This document shows positions 24,033-36,371 of a stretch of DNA of 60,245 nucleotides, piece by piece. Numbering within the stretch: the stretch's first letter is position 1; each line of letters starts with the position of its first letter. Position numbers and translations under genes: made by a program. The DNA comes from Heterodontus francisci. Its lineage: Eukaryota. The DNA is taken from assembly GCF_036365525.1 (NCBI RefSeq), contig NC_090379.1, positions 43,447,123 to 43,507,367 of the forward strand, given 5' to 3'. Below the pieces are notes generated by a model that saw only the letters and a program-made list of their open reading frames with translations, was not told where the DNA came from and searched no databases.

Positions 24033-25119
24033 TAATAATATTCCACATTGCATCAAGTGAAATGCTCTACATTAAAGTGCAAAGAAGAAACCTTAATTCT
24101 AATTTTTCCTACCATATAAAATGGTGTCAGGGTCTACTTTGTTTGGCAGTTGATTGGCTGGAACCTCCCAACTATGATTGTAGCCAATTTACTAAATCCC
24201 AAGTTGCTGTTGCCATATAGTGCTGGCTGACCAAACAATTGCTGTGCCTGTCACCAAATCTTTTTAACTACTCCAAGATGATCTTGGAAGGCAAGGACAA
24301 TCCAAAATTCATCATCTTCATATCAATCCTCCTTATTTAATCTCTCTACCCATCTTCTTCAACCAATGCCTCTGATATTGTGAGGAGCTCATCAATTTCT
24401 TGGTCCCAAACTGAGACTAATGGCTTAACTGTCTTCACCACTTGCTGCCCAATCATCTCGCAAGACCTCTCTTAGTCTACAATACTCTGCAGCTTTTCTC
24501 TTATCACTCCCCACGCCACATCACTCATCCTTTCTACAAAGCCAGCCTCTTGCACCCTCGACTTCTTCCAGACTCAACTGCCACTCCTTGACCCTGTGCC
24601 TAAATGCTCCATTTCTTGACATTTCCTCCTGCCCCCAGTTATCTCCTTTCTCAAAAGTTCATTCTTGACCCCTCTGTCTTTTCCAATTATTATCCAATCT
24701 CTAGCTTCTTCCTTAAAGCCACTGAATGCATCATCACCAACCAACTCCACACTTTATCATTGCCTGTTAAATGACTTGAATCTGCCTTCTGTCCAACGCA
24801 CAGCAGGGACTGCATTGGTCATAGTGTCTGTTACTATCTTTACCCTTCTGTTGACTTCAATAATGTCAATCACTGCATCTCCCTCCACCATGCATATCTG
24901 TAGCACTGGCCTTTCGTGGTTCCATTCCTATCTGTCATAATACAGATGGCACGTTACTTCCTCCATCCCCTCAGGTTTTCACCTTGCTCCTTCTATTTAT
25001 TTGTCATCCACATGCCGAATCTCATTCACATTTTCCATAAGCATGGAGTCAGCTTCCGTATGTAAACTGATGACATCCAGCTTTCTCTCTCTGCCAAATC
25101 CATGATTGATATTTTGTTA

Positions 25120-25315
25120 AACAGAAAGCAGAAAACTACAGATGCTAGAAATCTGAAACAAAAACAAAAAATGCTTGAAACACTCAGGCAGACAGCATCT
25201 GTGGAGAGAACAGAAAGTTAACATACAGGTGTGGACCCTTCATTAGCTCGAACAACAGGTCCAAACCTGAAGCATTAATTTGTCTGTTGTAACCACAGAT
25301 GTTGAATGACCTGCT
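25120..25315. mobile_element. Degenerate Penelope pLTR pair in inverted orientation
   Basis: agatgctagaaatctgaaac...agcatctgtgg followed by ...ccacagatgttg. Confidence 0.6.
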
Positions 25316-25634
25316 GATTGAAGCTGTGTTGTCTGATTACCTATCCGACATTGTCATGGATGAGCCAGAATTCACTTTAGCTAAATACTGCTATATTCTG
25401 TTTTGTCACTTACCAGGAACTTTAAATTATACCCCCAACGGCCAACTATTCAATCAGACTGAAACCCCGGGGAATCGACACATGTTTGCATACACTATGC
25501 GAACGAATTTCTCCTCCACAAATTACATCTTGTGTGACTGTGCTGCACTATCCCTCCTCATCCTTCTCGACCTCTTTAGCCTTTGACACAGTTGATCAGA
25601 CATTCCTCCTCCAACAACATCATTTGAAGACATA

Positions 25635-26328
25635 GGGCTGGATTTTATCCAACCCTTGGATACAGGCTGGGAGGTGGTGGGGTGGGGGCAGACTAAATGG
25701 CATAGGGGTGGCGCTGGGCAGTGTGCCAGACATTGTCCTGCCCCCATGCCATTTTTCCACAGCAGGCACCATGGCAGACAGGAAGTTCACTGGGAGGCCA
25801 ATTAAGCAGCTCTTCGTGGTCCACCTCCCACCTCTGCTGGCATTTAACCAACATTGGAGGGGCCTGATGCCAAGTGGCGACACCACCAGTGAGACCTGGT
25901 GACCTTCTAGTGGGTTTGGGTTGGGGAGGGCTCCCTCCTCTAGGGGCAAGCCATGGCCCACAGAAGCCTCCCCGACACCGACCCCACTTGACCCAGCCTG
26001 ACTGGCCCCGGCAACCCCGACCCCACTTACCTTGGTCCCAAGGCCTCATTTATCTTTGCTGCTCTGCGTCTCCTGCAGCACCAGCAGTGGCCACTGCTCA
26101 CGGTGGTGCTGAAATACCGCTGAACTGCCAGCCCTCTGATTGGCTGGCAGTTCAGGGATGGAATCTTGTCTCTTAAAGGGAACAGCATGCCCAACGGCAG
26201 GCAGTTAGTTGCCTGCCCTCCGCTGAATTCTGCTGGGGATCCAGTAAAGGGCCAAGGCGGCCCCACCATCCACCCCCAACTTTCCAGACCGTTGCTGGGT
26301 CCCCCATCGACGAAATAAATTCCAGCGC
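25635..26328. mobile_element. PIF/Harbinger-type MITE
   Basis: TIR GGGCTGGATTTTAT / ATAAATTCCAGCGC; flanks ATA/ATT; interior shared with other copies (cagcagtggccac). Confidence 0.7.
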
Positions 26329-27597
26329 ATTGTGTCTGTTTCTATATATACAGGGATGACACTCGGCTCTATGTCTCCATCACTTCTTTTGACCTCTCTC
26401 TCGCCTCTGTGTTGACAGCCTGCTCGTCTGACATTCCATCCCAGATCAGCCACAATTCCTACCAACTTAGCATCGAAAAGAGCAAAGCCATCAACTTCAG
26501 CCACCACCGTAAACTCTATACCCTCGCCAGATTCTATTCCCCTCTTCAGCCATCGTCTCAGGTTGAACAAGACTGTTCACAACCTTGGCATCCTATTTGT
26601 TCCCGAACACAGATTACAACCCCATATATTCTCCATCACAAAGGCCACCTACTTCCACCTCCATAAATGTGCAGGGCTTTGGGGAACATTCGGGGGTGTG
26701 GGACTAGGTGAATACCTCCTGCAGAGAGCCAGTACAGACACAATGGGCCGAATCACCTCCTCCTGTGTTGTAACCATTCTATGATCACACTGCCCATCAC
26801 CGCCCTTGCTTCAGCTGCCGAAACTGTCATTTATGCCTTTTTTACCTCTAGACTTTACTATTCCAATTCTCTCCAAACTGAACTTTCATCCTTCGACCTC
26901 CAAAAACTTCAACACATCCAAAACCATGCTGCTCGTATCATAACTTGCACAAAGTCTCGTTCAACCATCATCCCTGTGCTCATTGACCTACATTAGCTCC
27001 CGATCCCCCAATGCTATAAACTTAAAATTCTCATCCTTGTGTTCAAATCCTTTCAAGATCTCAGCCATCCATCTATATAATCTCCTCCAGCCCTTCTGCA
27101 GAGGGCCTTGGAACATTTTTCATTATATCAATAAATGCAAGTTGTTGGTGGTGGTGTTGTTCTCAGACATTAATGTTAGTGATAGGGAGTCCCACTGCTG
27201 CCCGATACCACATCTCACTGGAGTTATACAGTGTCCTTACAATGCCAATGGCGATATACTAGGTAGTTATTAGAGTTGAGCACAAGGACATAACTTAAGA
27301 GTTTTGTGCAACCATATATTGGCAGGTCTGTAGTTCGAGTAAGAAACATTGAGCATGGTAACCCAAATGAATTTCCTAAATTTGCACAAATTCTAAAAAA
27401 GCACAAGGGAAATTTAGAGGAGGATAAAAAAAAATGTCCAATCTGTCAATATTAGCATGTTTTGAAGATTAAATATTTCAATGGATTTGCTTCCTCTATT
27501 CACTACAGTCCTTTGTTATCACTCATCAACAACAATTGAAGACGACTCACAAGAAGGTAGAAGACCCGAGATTGATTGCATGTTTTATAGTACTTAC

Positions 27598-27652
27598 TTT
27601 TTATGAATATTGGGATATTCACAGATAATATCTGCAAGTGTTTTCAGCGATT
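27598..27652 (-). CDS. POLE2: POLE2 exon 13 (SLKTLADIICEYPNIHK)
   Basis: ag/gt bounded, 55 nt. Confidence 0.95.
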
Positions 27653-27745
27653 CTGAAAATGCGATAGGATTAAAAAAGAACATAATAAAGTTGGAGTTCT
27701 ATATGAGGATTCAATTAATAGTTTAAAAAATTAACTGTTCCTCAC

Positions 27746-27835
27746 CTGTTAGAGACTTGATCTGATTGTTTCCATAGGGAGCAGAGGAAAAATTGCCACA
27801 GAAGATGAAGCAAGTGGGTGGCATGGAAGAATAAC
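27746..27835 (-). CDS. POLE2: POLE2 exon 12 ([29 protein letters not shown])
   Basis: ag/gt bounded, 90 nt. Confidence 0.95.
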
Positions 27836-28383
27836 CTGTAGAGCACGCAGTATAAGTATGTGGGATCTACACCACAGCTTCAGGAATACCAACACACAAA
27901 TGTCTAGGTATCGAAAATGTCACTTTTAAATCACTGTATCCAGTAGCAGTAGATTGAGGTGAACAGCTGAACTGCTCTATTTAATTTTCTTCTTTCTAGT
28001 CACCATTTCTCACTTTGAGATAGCCAATCAATAAATATCCATAAAAAGATTTATGATTACAGTGCTACAGGTAAACATAACATTATTTTGGATCTTAAGA
28101 CTTCGCATCAACAAGCCTACTTACTTCAAAGCAAATTCCTACCTCTTCCCAAACACTCAGGTTTCTAAAGGCCATTAAATCTAGAAAAGTTAGTAATGAT
28201 AGCGTAAAGAGGAGAGAAAAAAAAGTGTGTATGGATGTTGGCTAAGGACAGGATTGGGATCAACTTTGATGCCTCCCCTCAAAGTACAAGCTTTACACTA
28301 GCTCAGCTCACTGCCCAATGAAGCGCTACATAAATTACAGCTCATCAGGCTTTGATTAAATAAACACGGAGTAAAACTATTAC

Positions 28384-28556
28384 CTGAAAACATCATATGA
28401 AGTTTTTCAAGTACTTCCACCTGGTCCAGCCACAGATCGGAGACAAAAACAAACATGGCATCTTCATTTTCTTCCTCCAATTGCTTTAATTTTGTTGAAG
28501 ATTTCACCGACGTCGCAGAAGGGCCACCAAAAAAGTTTATATTTCCATAATAAGCT
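28384..28556 (-). CDS. POLE2: POLE2 exon 11 ([13 protein letters not shown]...[21 protein letters not shown])
   Basis: ag/gt bounded, 173 nt; inside ORF 28298..28648. Confidence 0.96.
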
Positions 28557-28959
28557 CTGTGAGACAGAGCATGAAAAGTTGTTAAGATCATTATAGTGCA
28601 AGAGATTGGGCAATCATAAACAACACATTCCCATATCAACAATTTCAATTTTTAATAGAACCAAGGTTTTTTAAATTGTCAAATGCAATTATGAACAGTG
28701 GGAATGCTAATGTTTACTTTCACCATTCCCATGCTGATCGCTATTCAAACTTAGCTAACAGTTTTATACCAATCACACAAAGCAGTTTAGCATGTTATCA
28801 GGAAATAAACCTTTTGAAACCTTTTTAAAAAAAAAATCAATTTTTTCAAGCGGACAGATATACCAAGGAGAAACTGGAGACATTCAGCCCAAGAGACGTC
28901 CATATCTCAGCTGAATACCCAGATCTCAGATTGGCTGAAGTGGAAACCAAAGGGACATC

Positions 28960-29440
28960 AAGACAGACTAAGTGAGTGGACAAATATATGGCATGAGTTC
29001 AATGTGGGAAAGTGTGAGGTCATTCACTTTGGATCGGAGAATGGTGAAGAGCAATGGGATTTAGGTGTCTATGTACATATATCACAAGAAACTAGTGCGC
29101 AGGTATAAAAATTAAAAAGGCTAATGGAATGTTGGCCCTTATCTCAAGGGTTAGAATTCAAAAGTAAGGAAGTGATCTTAAATTTAGAGCAAGGTCATTT
29201 AAGAGTGATATCAGGAAGCACTTTTCTAGATTTCTACTACATGCATGTAACAGTTTCCCACAAAAGGCTGTGGATGCTGGGTCAATTGAAATTTTCAGAC
29301 AGAGATTAATAATATTTGTTGGACAAGGTTATCCAGGGATATGGAACAATGGCAGGTAAATGAAATTGAGGTACAGATCAGCCATGATCTAACAGAATGG
29401 TGGTGCAGGCTTGAGGGCTCACTAGCCTACTCCTGTTCTT
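28960..29440 (+). mobile_element. Degenerate CR1 3' fragments
   Basis: aagtgtgaggtcattcactttgg...tagcctactcctgttc. Confidence 0.7.
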
Positions 29441-30339
29441 AAGATCAACAAACACTAAGCAGCAAATGGATGTTGTTCTGACTGCTTCTTATCAAGGGCT
29501 GTAATTGAGACTAGATGCTCTTATAGAAACAGAAGTCAGGCATAAGGTAGGATTTTGTTTGCCCTCAGACTGGCCATTCATAGCCATGAGAAGAGGTCCA
29601 CCATCAGTATACCTATGTACAACACATAAAATGCAGAGCTAGAGCACTGGAATTCAAACCAGTATCCAATATCTAATGATCATGCTCCCAACCCCCTTCA
29701 CCATCCCAATGTCAAAATTTCTTGTGGTGCTCTTCTGAAAGGCAGGAAGCTGCAGCTAATGCTTACAGTATACCTCACCTGATACTAAATCATCAAGGGA
29801 TGCCTCTGACCCTTCCAATAACTTTCTACAAACAATAGGAAGGGCCAAACTCAAGCCAGCTACCTTCCACCAATGGTGCGGTTACAGAGTGCAACATTAC
29901 AGATATAAACTCTCAGTGTGTGAGCAATATAGTTGACCTGGGGAAGGCTACAGATATATTTATGTATTCACAAATATTTGTTTATATCATATTCCCAAAT
30001 ACATGCACGACTGATTAGGCACGGCAACATAAATTTCCATAATGAGAATGATTACTGGTGTAGCAAAATGAGGAAGTCAGGTTGAACAATGCTGGTGTTT
30101 CACTGTACCTTGTAACTGTGTTACAAAATGTTTTTATGGGTGCTTTGTGTGACCTGGTATCAGTGAAATTACTATATAATAGGAATGGTCCCAAATTCCA
30201 CCCTATAGTCTGTTAGATCACAGCTAGAGACTAGACTTCACTTTACAATGAATCACCTACATAGTACTTTAGCTGCCACAGAACCAAAATGAAGTTCCTT
30301 GCCAGTTTCCCATTTTCTACAAATTTTAGATTATCCAAA

Positions 30340-30652
30340 ACTCTGCTGCACATATCCTGTTCTGCACCCCATTCCACTCTCTTATCATCTACATGCTCAT
30401 TGATATTGGCTCTTGGTCTTCCAAGAAGTCAAATTTAAAATTATCTTCCTCATCTTCAAATCCCTTCACCCCTTACCATTTCTGTAACTTCCTCTGTTCC
30501 TGTTCCCTCCCATTACTCTACACCCCTCCAACAAACTCTGTTTCATTGACTCTGGCTTCTTGTATGTAAACTCTTCCCTTCACCACATCAGCAGCCACCT
30601 AGGTCCCATCCTCTGGAATTTTCTTCCTGGCCCCTTCACCTCACTACTCTCC
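30340..30652 (+). mobile_element. L2-type LINE 3' fragment (tail resumes at about 32487-32600)
   Basis: Similar to 46210-46695 and 54230-54905. Confidence 0.6.
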
Positions 30653-32486
30653 TGTCAAGGAATTGTATTTATTTTCTCCTCTGTTTGAAACAGTGCACCT
30701 TTAAGACAGAGAGAAGCTTTTGGATTTCTGAGGCATAGTATGCCAGCTGCACTTGTTATCTAGGCCACAGCAGGAGAGAGGTCACATTGTATAATGTTTC
30801 CGTTTGACTGTGTGTAAATCTGGCAAAAACCGGTCTGAACCAGCCACCAGCAAAGCATACTATTTCTCAGCAGAAATTCTACAATGAGCTACAAGCAGTG
30901 TTAATTGCCTAAGGAGGAAAAAAAGCCCTTTTTTGAAGAGGCCATTTGTATTACTAAAGGTAGCAAAACTCTTTTCCTTTACTTCCAAGCCAGGAATTAT
31001 TTGCTTCAAGATTGAATCTCTTTTGACTGGTTGTGTTTGCTGGAATTCGACGTAAAGTTTCGACTGCGAGGCTATTGGTTTTAAAATTCAAATTGACCTA
31101 TTACTGTGCTCTTTAAAAAAAATTTTTTTTAAATTCATTCATGGGATGTGGGCGTCGCTGGCCAAGCCAGCATTTATTGCCCATCCCTAATTGCCCTCGA
31201 GAAGGTGGTGGTGAGCTGCCTTCTTAAACCGCTGCAGTCCATGTGGGGTAGGTATACCCACAGTGCTGTTGGGAAGGGAGTGCCAGGATTTTGACCCAGC
31301 GACAGTGAAGGAACGGCGATATAGTTCCAAGTCAGGATGGTGTGTGACTTGGAGGGGAACTTGCAGGTGGTGGTGTTCCCATGCATTTCCTGCCCTTGTC
31401 CTTCTAGTTGGTAGAGGTCATGGGTTTGGAAGGTGTTGTCTAAGGAGCCTCGGAGCGTTGCTGCAGTGTATCTTGTAGATGGTACACACTGCTGCCACTG
31501 TGTGTCGGTGGTGGAGGGAGTGAATGTTTGTAGATGGGGTGCCAATCAAGCAGGCTGCTTTGTCCTGGATGGTGTCGAGCTTCTTGAGTGTTGTTGGAGC
31601 TGCACCCATCCAGGCAAGTGGAGAGTATTCCATCACACTTCTGACTTGTGCTTTGCGGATGGTGGACAGGCTTTGGGGAGTCAGGAAGTGAGTTACTCGC
31701 TGCAGGATTCCTAGCCTCTGACCTGCTCTTGTAGTCACGGTATTTATATGGCTACTCTAGTTCAGTTTCTGGTCAATGATAGCCCCTAGGATGTTTATAG
31801 TGGGGGATTCAGCGATGGTAGTGCCATTGAATGTCATGGGGAGATGGTTAGATTCTCTCTTGTTGGAGATGATCATTGCCTGGCACTCGTGTGGCGCGAA
31901 TGTTACTTGCCACTTATCAGCCCAAACCTGGATATTGTCCAAGTCTTGCTGCATTTCTACACGGACTGCTTCAGTATCTGAGGCTCATCATTTAAACTGT
32001 TTGATGCCTGCTGCAGCAGAAGAGTTTTGAATGCCTATCAAGAACAGACTGTTTCATCAAATCCGTGTGAAGACTTCGAGAGGCATTTGATTATTTGTAC
32101 TCTAGGATACCTCACCCATCAGGAAGGTAACCCACAAAGACTTATTTATTTATTCGCAAGAAACAGCTAATTTTTAAAAATACCACTTTTAAAACTGGTT
32201 AACTGTTAGTTTTGAATGTATGTGTGTGTATAGGGAAGTTAGGTTAAAATAAGAAGTTTTAAGGTCTTTAGACATAGATTTATCTTAATAGTGTTTTTTT
32301 AATAAAAAAATATTAATTTGCTGTTGTCTAAAGATACCTGCTTTGGTCTTTTTTATTCTGGGGGTTACTAGGGTGTTTAATTTAATTGTTTTTCCAGTTG
32401 GGTGGGAAAACTTTAAATAATATGGTGTGACCTGTGGGGTGATGGGACTGAACTGACGGTGCATTGCTCTTGTCTCGGTCGTAACA
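30653..32486 (+). mobile_element. Putative solo LTR (TG...CA) with a nested LINE
   Basis: Starts TGTCAAG, ends GTCGTAACA; AATAAA near 32301; splits an L2 tail; no clear TSD. Confidence 0.4.
31130..31984 (-). mobile_element. Second LINE family, 5'-truncated copy
   Basis: High similarity to 14575-15420; ORFs 31418..31738 and 31757..31954. Confidence 0.9.
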
Positions 32487-32621
32487 ACCAATCACCCCAT
32501 CCAACCCTTCACTAGCTTGACACCCAATATCCCAAGTCCTCTATGAAGAGCCTTGGTACACTTATGAGCATTAAAAGCACTATATAAATGCAAGTTATTC
32601 ATAAAACCTAACCTATATATT

Positions 32622-33346
32622 GGCCGGAATTTTACGCCACCCCAGTGAGCCGGATGGTGGCGTAGGGGTGGCGTAAAATTGAGCGAGGGGCTCAGGAAGG
32701 CCTTCCCGACCCACTGCCATCTCTGGCCAACTTGACAAAGGTCGGGGTGGGGGGGCGGCGGTGCAGAAATGGTCCACCCACCCCAGACACCAATCAAGGT
32801 CCTTAAGTGGCCACTTAAGAGCCTTTGCCCGTCTCCAACGGGTATTTTACCCATGGCAATCGGGCCTGCTGGGGAAATGAAAGGCCGCCCAGTGAGAGCT
32901 GCAGGTCTTTCCGCACTCCGGGGTGGGGTGGGGGGAGGGGTGCCCTGACAATCAGGCACAGGGTGCCCAATTGAGGGACGCCCTCGCCTCCCAACCCACC
33001 CCGGGACCCAAGACGCCCTCCCTCCCCCCAAACGAACAACCTTGCCTCACCGGGGCACGACCAATCACTCTGGTGAGGCATCCAAAACCTACCTTGGATC
33101 CCGGCTCCATGGCATCCTCCTCAGTCGGCTGGGCTGATGTCCCAGCAGTGGCCACCGCTCCCGGTGGCTGGCAGCTCAATGAGGCAGGACTTCCTCCCTT
33201 AAGTGGGTGGAGGTCCCGCCTCGGGCCAACTAAAGCCCGGGGACCCATAAAATGCGGGACGGATCCCTGGGCTAGGCAGAAACGGGTTTTCCACCGACGT
33301 TTACAACGGCGGCGACCTCCCGTCTGCCTAAGCCAAAATTCCGGCC
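32622..33346. mobile_element. PIF/Harbinger-type MITE
   Basis: Perfect TIR GGCCGGAATTTT / AAAATTCCGGCC; 3-bp TSD ATT. Confidence 0.82.
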
Positions 33347-33568
33347 ATTATCTCATTTATTAATCTATTGTACTTTTATCAATTAACTGCAATAATTAAA
33401 GTTGTTTGTTAAAAAAAGTAAATTGAAATATATTCTTTAGTATAATAGCAATAATGGCTTGAGCCTTGGGCTTTGCAATTAACCAAAGTACTATTCATTA
33501 TTCAAATCAAATGCCAGAAAAATACCTTACAGCAGATACCTTTTAGAAAACAATGTCATAAAAATTAC

Positions 33569-33641
33569 CTTGTTATGGTGGAAGGTTCAGTCGGTGGAAA
33601 TCCGAATCCATTGACATGAAAAACTCCATCTTCATACCATC
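33569..33641 (-). CDS. POLE2: POLE2 exon 10 (WYEDGVFHVNGFGFPPTEPSTIT)
   Basis: ag/gt bounded, 73 nt. Confidence 0.95.
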
Positions 33642-33994
33642 CTGTAAAGAATCTTTATTATAACTACATTTTCCAGAGTTAATGTTGATCGTAAAGTTAC
33701 CAAGAAATAATTTTATTAACAAATATACAAAACTGAGTAATCAGATTTTGTTTTGTTACAAATCTCAACAGTTGACAAAATATATCCTTTAATATATGAT
33801 CAAAATGGAAGGGCATAATCCTAAGTATTTCAAAGTGACTGATCTCTTTTTTATTTAATTTATTCAGAAGAAATATAATAATTTTGAAAACCATATAATA
33901 CTATAGACATGTTCCAGAAATCGTCTTTGCCATTACTATTACCACATAACCATTACTTACACTCTATATTTATAGATTAACTACATCTTAGCGT

Positions 33995-34595
33995 CTTAAA
34001 AGAAGCAGCTAGTGAGTTAGTTGATGCACTGGTTTTGATTTTCCAAAATTCCCTAGATGCGGGCAAGGTTCCATTAGATTGGAAAATAGCCAATGTAACT
34101 CCTTTATTCAAAAAGGGAGACAGAAAGCAGGAAACTACAGGCCAGTTCGCTTAACATCTGTCATAGGGTAAATGTTAGAAGCTATTATTAAAGACAGGGC
34201 ACTTAGAGAATTCAAGGTAATCAAGCAGAGTCAACATGGTTTTGTGAAAGGGAAATCATGTTTAACCAATTTACTGGAGTTCTTTGAAGAAGTAACATGT
34301 GTTGTGGATAAAAGGGAACCAGTGGATGTATTGTACTTAGATTTCCAGAAGGCATTTGATAAGGTGCCACATCAAAGGTTATTGCGGAAAATAAAAGCTC
34401 ATGGTGTAGGGGGGTAACATATTGGCATGGATTGAGATTGGCTAGCTAACAGGAAACAGAGAGTAGGCATAAATGGGTCATTTTCTGGTTGGCAAGATGT
34501 AACGAGTGGTGTACCACAGGGATCAATGCTGGGGCCTCAACTTTTTACAATTTATATAAATGACTTGGATGAAGGGAACGAAGGTATGGTTGCTA
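33995..34595 (+). mobile_element. CR1 LINE RT fragment
   Basis: ORF 34172..34417: QHGFVKGKSCLTNLLEFFE...YLDFQKAFDKVPH. Confidence 0.9.
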
Positions 34596-34599
34596 CATA

Positions 34600-34985
34600 C
34601 ATATGAATGGCAACCCCATATCTGTGGATGATTCTGCCAAGGGGCAGCATGTCGTGAGAAAAAGACTGGGCTGGGGATAGATCCTTGGGGACCTCTGGAG
34701 GCAACAGTGCAGGAAGGAAAGTTATTTCTGTAGCTACTCAGGCTATGATTCGATACGTAAGAGGGAAACCAAGGAAGAACAGGCAAGCTAAGCTGAATAA
34801 TGCAGGAGAAGGTTGGTGTGGTGGACAGTGTCAAAGGCAGCAGCAAGGTAAAGGAGGAAACGAAGGGAAAATGTAGCACGATCACAATGGATCTTGCATT
34901 TATGACTTCCATTAGGATTGTTTCAATGCTGTGGTAGGATGGACAATCTGTTTGGAGACATTCAAACAGGGAGATGTGGGGAAGA
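34600..34985 (-). mobile_element. Degenerate L2-type RT fragment
   Basis: WFPSYVSN...GPQGSIPSPVFF remnant in ORF 34523..34912. Confidence 0.55.
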
Positions 34986-34999
34986 GTAAATAGTAATAG

Positions 35000-36035
35000 G
35001 CGTCAGCACTCTCGCCTCTAAGTCAGAAGGCTGTGTTTTCAAGTCCCACTCCAGATCATATAATCTAGGCTGAATCTCTAGTGCAGTACTGAGGGATTGC
35101 TGCACTGTCAGAGGTGCCAACTTTTGTACGAGATGTTAAACCAAGGCCTATCTGCTCTCTCTCAGGTAGGCACAAAATATTCCAAAGGAATGTTCAAAGA
35201 AACGCAGGAGAGTTCTCCTGGTGTCCTTAACCAATATCCCTAAAATAGATGTCATTATCTTATTGCTATCTGCGGAACCTTGCTGTGCACAATCACAGAA
35301 TTGTTACAATGCAGTAGGAAGCCATTTGGCCCATTGTGTCCGCACTGGCTCTCCGAAAGAGCAATTCCCTCAGTTCCATTCCCTTGCCTTCTCCCCATAA
35401 CCCTGCACATTCTTCTTTTTCATACAACTGTCTAATTCCCTTTTGAATGCTTCAATTGAACCTGCCTCCACCATACTCTCAGGCAGCACATTCCAGACCC
35501 TAACAACTCGCTGTGTGAAAAGGTTTTTCCTCACGTCACTTTTGCTTCCCTTACCAAATATTTTAAATCTGTGCCCTCGTTCTCGATCCTTTCACGAGTG
35601 GGAACAGTTTCTCTCTATCTGCTCTGCCAGACCCCTCATGATTTTGAATACCTCTATCAAATCACCTCTCAGCCTTCTCTTCTCCAAGGAAAGCAGTCCT
35701 AACTTCTTTATAACTGAAATTCCTCATCCCTGGAACCATTCTTGTGAATCTTTTCTGTACTCTCTCCAATGCCCTCACATCTTTCCTAAAGTGCAGAGCC
35801 CAGAACTGGATGCAATACTCCAGCTGAGGCCGAACTAGTGTCTTGTACAAGTTCAACATAACTTCCTTGCTCTTGTACTCTATGCCCCTATTAATAAAGC
35901 CCAGGACACTGTATGCTTTGGCTACCACGTTTCCCTACAACAGTGACTACCTCTCAGAAGTACTTCTTTGGTTGTAAAGCACTCTGGGATGTCCTGAGGT
36001 AACAATAGGTGCCATATAAAGGCAAGTTCTTTCTT
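35000..36035 (+). mobile_element. Deu-SINE (SacSINE1-like) split by an antisense CR1
   Basis: tRNA-like head, Deu-like core gaggtgcc...gagatgttaaaccaagg...; tail resumes at about 35920 and ends ...ggcaagttctttctt. Confidence 0.72.
35293..35918 (-). mobile_element. CR1 3' end nested in the Deu-SINE
   Basis: ORF 35662..35928: LYKTLVRPQLEYCIQFW...ALERVQKRFTRM. Confidence 0.88.
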
Positions 36036-36322
36036 AATTACAATAACTTGTTAACAAATAGTCGTGATTAGGGTTCATCTTCTGCCATTGCAATCAGGAA
36101 ACAATTTGTAAATACCCTTTTAAATAACTTAATTTGATAATTTATGCAGAACTATTAAAATTCAAGAACAAAGATGATTTTCAATGCAACCATACAACAG
36201 CATTGTACTACCTTTTATTGAAATAGATGGAAAAACAAAGAGGGCTAGCAAGGTAATATTTGATGGCAGTACATGAAGATTGTTGCAAGCACTGTCAAAA
36301 TAAATAAATTCTCATTCATTAC

Positions 36323-36371
36323 CTTCTGTAAGAACAAAGCAAGATTCTGTATATAAGCCACTGTGAAACTG
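36323..36371 (-). CDS. POLE2: POLE2 exon 9 (QFHSGLYTESCFVLTEG)
   Basis: AC acceptor, gt donor, 49 nt. Confidence 0.93.

Larger units (their letters stand above)
24300..27150 (+). mobile_element. Degenerate L2-type LINE pieces (probably two copies) with nested insertions
   Basis: Remnants LSWFHSYLS, ADD(I/T)QL-like, LSLLILLDL, SRLYYSNSL, LQHIQNHAARIIT; tail ...ataaatgcaagttgttg. Confidence 0.7.
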
